From Anaerolineae bacterium (GTDB lineage Bacteria; Chloroflexota; Anaerolineae; B4-G1; SLSP01), in the NCBI GenBank assembly GCA_034432595.1, contig DAOUBT010000004.1, positions 18,892-82,891 on the forward strand: a stretch of DNA of 64,000 nucleotides. Direction: 5' to 3'. Positions 9,505 to 18,041 of the stretch are shown piece by piece. The translations under genes were made by a program, and so were the position numbers. Below the pieces are notes generated by a model. It saw only the letters and a program-made list of their open reading frames with translations, ran no database searches and was not told the origin of the DNA. Position 1 is the stretch's first letter. Each line of letters starts with the position of its first letter.

Positions 9505-10653
9505 ATGCCGACTCAGGACCTGCGCTCTCTCTACCTCCTCCGCCCCGACGTGATCTTTCTCAATCACGGGTCCTTTGGTGCCTGTCCGCGTCCGGTCTTT
9601 GAAGCTTACCAGGCCTGGCAACTGGAGCTGGAACGTCAGCCGGTTGAGTTTCTGGGGCGTCGGCATGATGAGCTGTTAGCCGAAGCGCGCCGCGCCTTAG
9701 GTGCCTACGTCAACGCCGACCCTGACGACCTGGTGTTTGTGCCGAATGCAACGACTGGCCTGAATATTATCGCGCGCTCCATTCCCATCGGCCCAAATGA
9801 TGAGGTGTTGGCCACCGATCAGGAATACGGCGCTATGGATCGTATGTGGCGTTTCACCTGCCTGCAAAGCGGTGGACGCTACGTCCGACAGGCGGTTCCG
9901 CTGCCCATTCAGGATGGAACGGATATTCTGGAGGCGGTATGGAACGGCGTGAACCGCAACACGCACATCCTGTTCATCAGTCACATCACGTCCAGCACGG
10001 CCATCATCAACCCGCTCAAATCCTTGCTGGCCTGCGCACGGGATTTGGGCATCATCACCATTGTGGATGGCGCTCATGCGCCGGGGCAGATCCCGCTCAA
10101 TTTGCGGGAATTGGGCGCGGATTTTTACGTGGGCAATTGTCACAAATGGATGATGGCCCCCAAGGGCGCGGCTTTCCTGTATGCCCGCAAGGAAATGCAA
10201 CCTTTGCTCGATCCGCTGGTGGTGAGCTGGGGTTGGGAGCCGGAAAAGCCCGGCCCATCGCGTTTCATAGACCTGCATCAGTATCAGGGCACGCGCGACA
10301 TCTCGGCTTACCTGAGCGTGCCGGAAGCCATCCGCTTCATGCAGGAGCACAACTGGCCGCAGGTCCAACAGGAGTGCCATCTTTTGCTGCGCTATGCACG
10401 GGAGCGTATCACCGCCCTGACGGGGTTGCCCCCGTTGACGCCCGACACACCGGATTACTACGCGCAAATGGCGGCTTTCCCGCTCCCACCCTGCAACGCT
10501 GAGACGCTGAAGCAACGCCTTTACGACGATTACCGGATTGAGGTACCCATCATCAAATGGAATGGACAGACGTTGCTGCGCGTTTCCGTGCAGGCCTACA
10601 ACACGCAGGCGGATATAGATGCGCTCATTGACGCGCTAACGGTCCTGTTGTAG
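9505..10653 (+). CDS. Aminotransferase class V family PLP enzyme (isopenicillin-N epimerase / cysteine desulfurase-like)
   Basis: 382 aa. N-terminal LNHGSFG motif; PLP-lysine context ...GNCHKWMMAPKGAAFLY; matches the class V fold overall. Confidence 0.75.
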   Translation: MPTQDLRSLYLLRPDVIFLNHGSFGACPRPVFEAYQAWQLELERQPVEFLGRRHDELLAEARRALGAYVNADPDDLVFVPNATTGLNIIARSIPIGPNDEVLATDQEYGAMDRMWRFTCLQSGGRYVRQAVPLPIQDGTDILEAVWNGVNRNTHILFISHITSSTAIINPLKSLLACARDLGIITIVDGAHAPGQIPLNLRELGADFYVGNCHKWMMAPKGAAFLYARKEMQPLLDPLVVSWGWEPEKPGPSRFIDLHQYQGTRDISAYLSVPEAIRFMQEHNWPQVQQECHLLLRYARERITALTGLPPLTPDTPDYYAQMAAFPLPPCNAETLKQRLYDDYRIEVPIIKWNGQTLLRVSVQAYNTQADIDALIDALTVLL

Positions 10654-10688
10654 ATTCGCTGGAACCTACCAAATTCAAGGGGTGAACC

Positions 10689-10892
10689 GTGTATATTGTA
10701 GCCGAACTCAAAGATGATCAGAACAGGCCCTTAGGCCTGCTGGCTGCCATGCCTAAAGAATTCCGAACCGGCTCAAAAGGCTTTTTTGCCAGCGGCAAAA
10801 TTGTCATCGAGGGAAAACGCTATCAGGTACAGGTGCAACTGGTCGAAATCGGCAGCAAAGCGACAACGGAAAGTACACCTTCGGAAACATGA
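10689..10892 (+). CDS. Small hypothetical protein (67 aa), GTG start
   Basis: AGGGGTGAAC upstream; its stop overlaps the next gene's start as ATGA, which suggests translational coupling. No recognisable domain. Confidence 0.4.
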   Translation: MYIVAELKDDQNRPLGLLAAMPKEFRTGSKGFFASGKIVIEGKRYQVQVQLVEIGSKATTESTPSET

Positions 10893-11257
10893 TGGAGCTG
10901 ACCGGTAGCATCATCTTTTTGCCAACCCGCGACCTGAACGCGACACATCAATTTTACGCCAACCTTTTGCAACTTCCCCTGATCCGGGACCAGGGAGATT
11001 GTCGCATTTACCGGCTCAGCGATGCCGCGTATGTGGGTTTTTGTCAACGCGCCACCTTACCTCAACCACCGGAAAGCGTCATCCTGACCCTTCTGGTGGA
11101 AGACGTGGATGAACTATACGCCATCTTGACCGCACAAGGAGCGGTCAGCGAGCGTACCCCACAGCTCAACGCGACCTACCGCATCTATCACGCCTTCCTC
11201 CGCGATCCCAACGGCTATCGTCTTGAAATTCAACGCTTCCTTGAGCCACTAAGTTAA
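10889..11257 (+). CDS. VOC/glyoxalase-bleomycin-resistance family protein
   Basis: 122 aa. MMELTGSIIFLPTRDLNATHQFYANLLQLPL is a typical VOC N-terminal beta-alpha-beta-beta-beta module. Confidence 0.6.
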   Translation: MMELTGSIIFLPTRDLNATHQFYANLLQLPLIRDQGDCRIYRLSDAAYVGFCQRATLPQPPESVILTLLVEDVDELYAILTAQGAVSERTPQLNATYRIYHAFLRDPNGYRLEIQRFLEPLS

Positions 11258-11268
11258 AGGAGGGCGCA

Positions 11269-12540
11269 GTGGAAGCTATCCAACAGCAGATGCAACACCT
11301 CCAGAAGCGACTGGCTGAACTGGAGCGCGAAAAGCAGCACCTGGAAAAGCTGGTACGCATCAGCCGGATGCTGAGCGCCACGCTGGACTTGAATCAACTG
11401 CTGCAAATTATCCTGGATACGGCATCAGAAACCTTAGGGGCAGAATCCACCTCTATCTTACTTGAAGATGCACGCACAGGTGAACTTTACTTCGCCGCCG
11501 CCACCGGTACCCCGGTCGAAGAACTGCGCAAAATTAAAGTACCCATGGAAGGGAGCATCGCCGGGACGATTTACCGCACAGGTGAACCGCAAATCGTCAA
11601 CGACTTCCAGAAGGACCCGCGCCACTTCAAAGGAGTGGATGAGAAAATTGAACACGTCACCCATTCCCTTATCGGGGTGCCGATGGTGGTGCGGCAGCGC
11701 TGTATTGGGGTGCTGGAGGTGGTGAACAAACAAGAGGGGCTTTTTACCGAAGAGGACGTGAGAATCCTCAGCGATCTGGCCGCACAGGCCGCTTTAGCCA
11801 TCGAGAATGCGCGTCTGGTCGCCCGCCTGCGCGAGGCCAATCTGCGCTTGGCCGAACTGGATAAGCTCAAGTCGGATTTTATCAGTATTGCCTCCCATGA
11901 GCTGCGCACCCCTCTAGGCCTCATCCTGGGATATGCCAGCTTTTTACAAGAGCAGGTCTCGGCAGATATGAGCGCACAGGTCGAAATGGTGCTGCGCGCT
12001 GCCACGCAATTGCAAAGCCTCATCGAAACCATGACCAACCTGCAATATCTGGAAAGCGGCGCTTTTCAGCTTAAACGTGAGGAACTGGTGTTGCAGGATA
12101 TCGCCGCCGAGGTGGTGCTGGAGTGGCGCCCCATGGCCGATAACAAACGGCAAACCCTGCGTGAGCGCTACCCCTACAAACCTGTCCGCGTCTTTGCCGA
12201 CCGCTCGATGCTCAACACCATTATCGCTAACCTTTTGCATAACGCGATCAAGTTTACCCCCACAGGCGGCACTATCGAGGTGGCGATTCAAGTGCAAACT
12301 TCGACCGTAGCTGTCAGCGTTACCGATACCGGTCCTGGCATCCCCAAAGAAGACCTGGAACGCATTTTCGAGCCGTTCTATCAGGCGGAAGATCACCTGA
12401 CGCGCCACCATGATGGCCTGGGACTGGGGTTATCGGTTGCCAGGGGGATGGTGGAAAGCCACGGCGGACGCATCTGGGCCGAAAGTGTGCCTGGACGCGG
12501 AAGCCGCTTTGTCTTCACGCTGCCGTTGAAGCCCGGATAA
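11269..12540 (+). CDS. GAF-domain sensor histidine kinase (coiled coil, GAF, HisKA, HATPase_c)
   Basis: GTG start with an AAGGAGGG ribosome-binding site. H-box IASHELRTPL. G-boxes GLGLGLSVARGMVESHGGRIWAES. Confidence 0.85.
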   Translation: MEAIQQQMQHLQKRLAELEREKQHLEKLVRISRMLSATLDLNQLLQIILDTASETLGAESTSILLEDARTGELYFAAATGTPVEELRKIKVPMEGSIAGTIYRTGEPQIVNDFQKDPRHFKGVDEKIEHVTHSLIGVPMVVRQRCIGVLEVVNKQEGLFTEEDVRILSDLAAQAALAIENARLVARLREANLRLAELDKLKSDFISIASHELRTPLGLILGYASFLQEQVSADMSAQVEMVLRAATQLQSLIETMTNLQYLESGAFQLKREELVLQDIAAEVVLEWRPMADNKRQTLRERYPYKPVRVFADRSMLNTIIANLLHNAIKFTPTGGTIEVAIQVQTSTVAVSVTDTGPGIPKEDLERIFEPFYQAEDHLTRHHDGLGLGLSVARGMVESHGGRIWAESVPGRGSRFVFTLPLKPG

Positions 12541-12759
12541 GTAGAACCGTGGGAGTTTCTAAGTATGGTCCGGCTTTTAGCATCGCTCCCCCACCCTGTC
12601 TCAAAAAGCCCTGGTATTTTCCAGTGTCTTCTGCAGTGTGCGGGTTTATTCGACTAAACTCTGACCAACAAGAAACCGTTTTAGCCCAACACGGTGACAC
12701 CCCGATACCCATACCCGAAGCGCCCTGCCTGCGCTCCGTTTGTCTGTAAGGAGGTGGTC

Positions 12760-15096
12760 ATGCGCAAAGTCAGGCTTATCCTGTTCGCCCTGATACTCCT
12801 GCTTTGGATGGAAGGGTTCTCCATCCCGGCACGCGCACAGGCTGATGATGACGCGGCGCTGCTGGAGCGCTATGCCCCGGTCTTCTATTTCCATCCAGAT
12901 GAGTACTTCCGCCCCCAACCCGTGGAGGTGATGCTGCCCGAAGCGCGCCTGCGCCGCAGCTCCCCCTTCTGGTTCGATGTGAACGTCCTGGCTTCGCTCA
13001 ACCTGCGCGATTTCTTAAACCTGCCACCGGAAAAGAGCTTCTTCCTCGACGTGTGGTATGGGAGCGAGGGGAGCGCCGCCACCGATTACACGGCCCACCG
13101 CAGTTATTACCGCGCGCTCCTCAGCCCGGAGGCGGGCGGACCTGAGCCTGCGGTGTACGGACGGGTCCACCGCGACGCGCAGGGCCACATCACCGTGCAG
13201 TATTGGGCGTTCTATTTCTACAACGACTGGTTCAACAAACACGAAGGCGACTGGGAAATGCTACAGGTCATGCTGGACCCCGACGGCACGCCGCGCTGGG
13301 TGGTGTACAGTCAGCATCACGGTGGAACGCGCCGCGCCTGGGAGGATACGCCGCGCTACGCACAGACTCATCCCATGGTGTACGTGGCGAAGGGATCGCA
13401 CGCTAATTATTTCGCCGGCGATGAGAGTTATCCCAACGGCATGACGATTGGCAAGACGCGCGTGGAGCTGCTCGACCGCACCGGTAGCGTGGAGCAACTG
13501 CGTCCGCGCGTCATCCGCCTGCCGGAGCGCGCGGAAGTGGTCGCCAATCCGGCAGCCTGGCCGGGCGCCGAATGGCTGCCTTACCGCGGGCGTTGGGGGG
13601 AAAACGCGCCTCAGGGCGATTTCAGCGGTCCCTATGGGCCAGCGGATAAGGGCACGCAATGGGACGATCCCTACGCCTGGGGCATGGCTCAACCGCTGGA
13701 TGTGGAGGTGTGGTACGCGCACCGCCTGCGCGTGTTCGCCTCTGTGCCAATCAGCGCCACGCTCAATACCGCGCCCGGCGCTTCCCTCGCCGGCGTCGAG
13801 ACGCTCAGCCACGGTCTCATCCTGCACAGCGACCCGCCGGAAGAGGGCGTTGTCATCACCTTACAGGCCGCGCCTGATACCGAGATGGATGTTAGCGCGA
13901 CCTGGCCCGAACGCAGCGCGGCGCGCGTCACGCACTGGAGGTTCGCCAACGTGCGCTTTGATGCCACCGGCACGGCCCTGCTCTTCCTGGGGCCCACATC
14001 CCCCAAAATTGTAGTAGGGCAGATGAGCTACCTGCCCACCACGAGCAGCAGTAACAGCGCCACGTGGGATACTCCCGACCTGGTGTGGATGGGAAGCCTG
14101 CTTACCGCGCAAGAGGTGGCGGTGGGCTTCGGTTGGATTCTCGTCGGCAGCATCCTGCCCGCCCTGGTGCTGCTGGGACTGGTGTATAACCTGGATTATT
14201 ACGAACGCGAACCGAAGCGGCTGGTGTTCTTTACGTTCGTGTGGGGCGCTGTGCCCGCGGTGCTGGTGCTCGTAGGGGCGGCTATCTTCTTCCGCCTGCC
14301 CACCTCGCCCCTGACACGCGAAGCGCATATCGCGTTACGCGCCGGGTTGCTCAGCGCAGCAGCGCAGGAGCTGATCAAGGGCGCAGCGGTGTTTTTCATT
14401 TTCTGGCGCTACCGGCGCGAGTTCGACGGGGTGTTCGACGGCATCGTTTACGGTGCGACGGTGGGGTTCGGCTTCGCCATGATGAGTCAGTTGCTCCGTC
14501 AGCTCAGCGATTTTGTGCTGTGGGGCTTTTCCAGCATGACGTTGGAGACGTGGGCGCAGGGGGTGCTCTTTGCCCTGCATCAGGCCATGTACAGCGCGTT
14601 TTTCGGCGCGTCGCTGGGTTGGGCACGGCTTTCTAATGACCGCAAGGCGCGGGTTTACGTGCCGGTTTTGGGGATGGTGGCCGCCATCGGCGCGCACGGG
14701 TTGCATTTGCGCTGGCTGAACAGCCTGCAAGGGCTGACGCCGGCTTTCGTCGTGCTTTCGCTGGCAGGGCTGTTGTTCACGGTGGGGGTAGGGATATGGG
14801 CTTTGTATCGTCAGCGCGTCTGGCTGGAGGCCATGCTCCCCCAATGGGAGAGCCTGGGGGTGAGCGCAAGTTTGTTGAAGCCGGGACGACGCTGGTGGTA
14901 TGAGACGCGCGCGCTCTTCCGCCATGGGCCGCGCGCCTGGCGCGCGCTGCGGCGCTTCCATAGCTTGCTGATGGAGTGGGCTTTCAAGGCGGAACAGGCA
15001 CGACTCCGCCCCGATGAGGCCGCGCTGGCGCAGGAGGCAGAACAGCTACAGGCGCGCCTGCTCGCTTTGTGGCCGCGCGTCAAGGGATACTTGTAG
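12760..15096 (+). CDS. Fusion protein: N-terminal secreted domain of unknown function (about 400 aa, HEGDWE motif) plus a C-terminal PrsW-like multi-pass membrane protease domain
   Basis: GGAGG 7 nt upstream of the ATG at 12760. Signal/TM sequence MRKVRLILFALILLLWM. C-terminal half has at least 7 transmembrane helices with PrsW-type motifs: QELIKG (EExxK-like), FALHQAMYSAF (FxxxH) and HGLHLRWLN (HxxxN). Confidence 0.65.
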   Translation: MRKVRLILFALILLLWMEGFSIPARAQADDDAALLERYAPVFYFHPDEYFRPQPVEVMLPEARLRRSSPFWFDVNVLASLNLRDFLNLPPEKSFFLDVWYGSEGSAATDYTAHRSYYRALLSPEAGGPEPAVYGRVHRDAQGHITVQYWAFYFYNDWFNKHEGDWEMLQVMLDPDGTPRWVVYSQHHGGTRRAWEDTPRYAQTHPMVYVAKGSHANYFAGDESYPNGMTIGKTRVELLDRTGSVEQLRPRVIRLPERAEVVANPAAWPGAEWLPYRGRWGENAPQGDFSGPYGPADKGTQWDDPYAWGMAQPLDVEVWYAHRLRVFASVPISATLNTAPGASLAGVETLSHGLILHSDPPEEGVVITLQAAPDTEMDVSATWPERSAARVTHWRFANVRFDATGTALLFLGPTSPKIVVGQMSYLPTTSSSNSATWDTPDLVWMGSLLTAQEVAVGFGWILVGSILPALVLLGLVYNLDYYEREPKRLVFFTFVWGAVPAVLVLVGAAIFFRLPTSPLTREAHIALRAGLLSAAAQELIKGAAVFFIFWRYRREFDGVFDGIVYGATVGFGFAMMSQLLRQLSDFVLWGFSSMTLETWAQGVLFALHQAMYSAFFGASLGWARLSNDRKARVYVPVLGMVAAIGAHGLHLRWLNSLQGLTPAFVVLSLAGLLFTVGVGIWALYRQRVWLEAMLPQWESLGVSASLLKPGRRWWYETRALFRHGPRAWRALRRFHSLLMEWAFKAEQARLRPDEAALAQEAEQLQARLLALWPRVKGYL

Positions 15097-15198
15097 ATGG
15101 GGAACTGAACTGCGGCGAGAGTCGTCATAGTACAAATTCAGGGCCTTTTGTAACGTCAGGCACAAGATCAGAGCAAAGGGCTGGAAGCGGGAGGAGAT

Positions 15199-15756
15199 AT
15201 GCGTCAGGTGTGGAAATGGCTGCTTTTGAGTGTGCTCTTGGGAGCGGGAATGGGTTTGCTGGTCAAAACGCCGGTCAAGGCCTGTTCCTGTATGCCGCCG
15301 GGCGATCCGAAAATAGAGTTGGAACAGGCCACGGCAGTTTTCAGCGGGCGCGTGTACAGCATGGAGGCTTCGGGCGGGGCGCTGTGGGTGCATTTTGAGG
15401 TCTCCGAAGTGTGGAAGGGGCCTTATCAATCCCTGATCACCGTGCGCACGGCAACCGATAGCGCCGCCTGCGGCTACACATTCGCAGAAGGCGTGGAGTA
15501 TCTTGTGTATGCCAACGGGGATACCAATGATTTACAGGTGAACTTGTGCAGCCGCACCCGTCCGCGCATGGACGCCGCCGAGGATATAGGAATCCTTGGA
15601 CCGGGGACACCTGTCAGTCAAATGGAAGGAAGCCCGGCGAAGAACACTTTTGATCCCAACCGGGTGTTGGCGCCGGTGGTGGGGATCCTCAGCGGGGCGA
15701 TTGTGGTGGGCATTTTGCTCGGCGGGTTATTGGATTTCCGGCCCGTGGTACGGTAA
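15199..15756 (+). CDS. TIMP/NTR-like (tissue-inhibitor-of-metalloproteinase-like OB-fold) secreted protein with a C-terminal membrane anchor
   Basis: GGAGG ribosome-binding site. Signal peptide ending VKA|CSCMPP, giving a Cys-x-Cys N-terminus as in TIMPs. TIMP N-domain landmarks: VFSGRV, VWKGP, AACGY, EYLVYANGD, LQVNLCS. C-terminal hydrophobic helix. Confidence 0.7.
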   Translation: MRQVWKWLLLSVLLGAGMGLLVKTPVKACSCMPPGDPKIELEQATAVFSGRVYSMEASGGALWVHFEVSEVWKGPYQSLITVRTATDSAACGYTFAEGVEYLVYANGDTNDLQVNLCSRTRPRMDAAEDIGILGPGTPVSQMEGSPAKNTFDPNRVLAPVVGILSGAIVVGILLGGLLDFRPVVR

Positions 15757-15849
15757 AGCGGTTCGGATTCCAGGTCAACGCGGACCGTATCCACACCAAA
15801 CGGCGCGGGGAAGGGTATCCCCGCGCCGTTGGTGCAGGATAGGGAAACG

Positions 15850-16083
15850 TCAGGCAGGCTTATGGTTGGCTTCGCTGGCTGCCACAGCAGCCAACAGGGC
15901 TTTGGCTAACCTGCGCGCCTGCTCCGGTGTGATAAAGATGTTACTCTCATCGCCGATGAAGAGTTTTTCGTCTTTAGGGCAGTCTTCAAGGATAGAGATG
16001 CAGATGTTATCTTCGTAGCCCCTGTCTTCTTCGCTGTAGTAGATCGTTACCCGCAAAGAACCATCCAACAACGTAATGGTCAT
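15850..16083 (-). CDS. Small hypothetical protein (77 aa) in a local lower-GC patch
   Basis: ATG with GGAGG 6 nt upstream (minus strand). Codon usage is AT-richer than the neighbours. No domain recognised. Confidence 0.35.
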   Translation of the reverse strand: MTITLLDGSLRVTIYYSEEDRGYEDNICISILEDCPKDEKLFIGDESNIFITPEQARRLAKALLAAVAASEANHKPA

Positions 16084-16231
16084 CGCTACCTCCTTTGGAT
16101 TCCATGTGTAGCGGCAGGAAAGCTCTGACCGCGGTGCTTTGATTGTAATCCGTTACCCAAAACGCGCAAGTCGGCAGTCTGAGGACAATTCTGAATAGAA
16201 TCGGCGTGGCTGACAAAGGGAAAGCGCGGCT

Positions 16232-16267
16232 GCAAAATTGGACTCCGCGGCTTTTCGCCTTATAATA
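16232..16267 (+). promoter_or_regulatory. Candidate sigma70-type promoter (TTGGAC, 16 nt spacer, TATAAT) for the AAA+ ATPase gene
   Basis: Perfect -10 TATAAT at 16261-16267, about 25 nt upstream of the ATG at 16293. A -35-like TTGGAC lies 16 nt upstream of the -10. Confidence 0.4.
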
Positions 16268-16292
16268 TTTTCATCCATCTCAGGGGGTGCGT

Positions 16293-17822
16293 ATGACGTT
16301 TGAAGAACAGTTAGACCTGTACTTGCGGGCGCGGGTCACGCTCATCGTGCTCAACACCATCGAGGAAGAGCGGGCTTTGCAGGCTATCAAGGCGGTGTGC
16401 GAGAAGCAGAAGCGGCCCTGCCTCACCTGGGATGTGGCGGATGGGTTTCAGCTCCTCAGTGGAAATGCCGCACCCCCCGCTTCCGTGCGCGATCCACTGG
16501 GCGCGCTGGAGCAGATTGAGAATGCCGCCGATCCGCCCCTGTTCGTGCTCAAGGACTTCCACGAGTTGTGGAACAATCCGCAGGTGAAACGCAAGTTGCG
16601 CTCGGCAGCGCAAAGGCTGCGCTACAGCAAGAAATCGCTGCTGGTGCTCACGCCAAACGGCAAAGTCCCGCCCGAATTGAGAGATGATGCGGTCATCACC
16701 GAGCTTCCCCCACCCTCCGCCGCCGAGCTGGATGCTGTGCTGGAGCAGCTTCTCAAAACGCCCGGCGTGCGCAACGACCTCACCCCGCTGGGACGCGAAA
16801 AGCTGGTGCAGGCCGCGCTGGGATTGACGCTGGCACAGGCGCAACGGGTCTTTGCGCGCTGCGTGGTGCGCAACGGAACCCTGGATGAGCGCGACATTGA
16901 TGAGGTGACGGAGGAGAAAAAGCAAATTATCCGCGAAAGCGAGGCGCTGGAATTTTACAGTGCCTCCGAGACGCCGGATGATGTGGGCGGCCTGGACGTA
17001 CTCAAACAGTGGTTACGTCTGCGCGAACGCGCCTTTACGCAGGAGGCACGCGCCTACGGGCTGCCCGCGCCCAAAGGTATCGCTCTCCTTGGCATTCCGG
17101 GCACCGGCAAGAGCCTCACGGCTAAAATGATTGGGGGGATGTGGCATCTGCCTCTGCTGCGCCTCGATGTCGGGGCGTTGTTCGGCAGTCTGGTGGGGGA
17201 ATCGGAGGAACGCGCGCGCCGCGCTTTGCGCCTGGCGGAGACGGTGGCCCCCTGTGTGGTTTGGATTGACGAGATGGAGAAAGCGCTTTCGCACGGCGGC
17301 CTGGATAGCGGCACGAGCACGCGCGTCTTTGGCACCATTCTCACCTGGATGCAGGAAAAGACCGCGCCGTGTTTTGTGGTGGCAACGGCGAACGACATCA
17401 GCAGCCTGCCACCCGAATTGTTGCGCAAAGGGCGCTTTGATGAGATTTTCTTCCTGGATTTGCCCACGCAAGAGGAACGCGAAGCTATCTTTGCTGTGCA
17501 TTTGCGCAAACGTAAACGCCTGCCACAGGATTTCGACCTCCACCTGCTGGCCCAACAGTCCGCGGGCTACGTGGGCGCCGAAATCGAACAGGCGATTATT
17601 GACGCGATGTACGTAGGGTTCGATGCCGGACGCGATATTACCACGCAAGACATTCTGGAAGCGCTCAAGCGACAGGTGCCGCTCTCCGTCTCACAGCGCG
17701 AACGCATCGAAGCCCTGCGCGCGTGGCTGATGGAGGGACGCGCGCGCTCGGCCTCCTTCCGCGAATCGCGCGAGGCGCAGCAGCGTTTTGTGCCCATTCA
17801 GCTTGAGGCTTCTGAGGTTTGA
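16293..17822 (+). CDS. Ycf46-like AAA+ ATPase (N-terminal domain plus C-terminal AAA module)
   Basis: Walker A GIPGTGKSLTAKMIGG. Walker B VVWIDEMEKAL. Sensor/Arg-finger region VVATANDISSLPPELLRKGRFDEIFFLDLP. Overall pattern matches cyanobacterial Ycf46-family ATPases. Confidence 0.85.
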   Translation: MTFEEQLDLYLRARVTLIVLNTIEEERALQAIKAVCEKQKRPCLTWDVADGFQLLSGNAAPPASVRDPLGALEQIENAADPPLFVLKDFHELWNNPQVKRKLRSAAQRLRYSKKSLLVLTPNGKVPPELRDDAVITELPPPSAAELDAVLEQLLKTPGVRNDLTPLGREKLVQAALGLTLAQAQRVFARCVVRNGTLDERDIDEVTEEKKQIIRESEALEFYSASETPDDVGGLDVLKQWLRLRERAFTQEARAYGLPAPKGIALLGIPGTGKSLTAKMIGGMWHLPLLRLDVGALFGSLVGESEERARRALRLAETVAPCVVWIDEMEKALSHGGLDSGTSTRVFGTILTWMQEKTAPCFVVATANDISSLPPELLRKGRFDEIFFLDLPTQEEREAIFAVHLRKRKRLPQDFDLHLLAQQSAGYVGAEIEQAIIDAMYVGFDAGRDITTQDILEALKRQVPLSVSQRERIEALRAWLMEGRARSASFRESREAQQRFVPIQLEASEV

Positions 17823-18041
17823 GCATGGGGGAACAAGCTCTGCTCTCCCTGCCTCGCCCCTCGCGGTCAGAGCGCCAAGAGAGGCACGGGCGTTCAAGCC
17901 ATGTTCCGATTGCATCCACCTGAGGCGCGCCGACGAGGTGCGGATGACGATGAGAGTGGCGTTGCACATGGGCGGGCGTTCCGATGGGCTATTCTTTAAC
18001 CCTGCGCGCTTTGCGGCTCAACCGGTGTAAGTGGAGCTACC

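Noticed and set aside
17788-18030. 80-aa ORF between the AAA+ gene and the HEAT/WD40 gene
   Set aside because: Arg/Ala-rich and low-complexity, with no ribosome-binding site. It sits in a short intergenic spacer and is likely non-coding.
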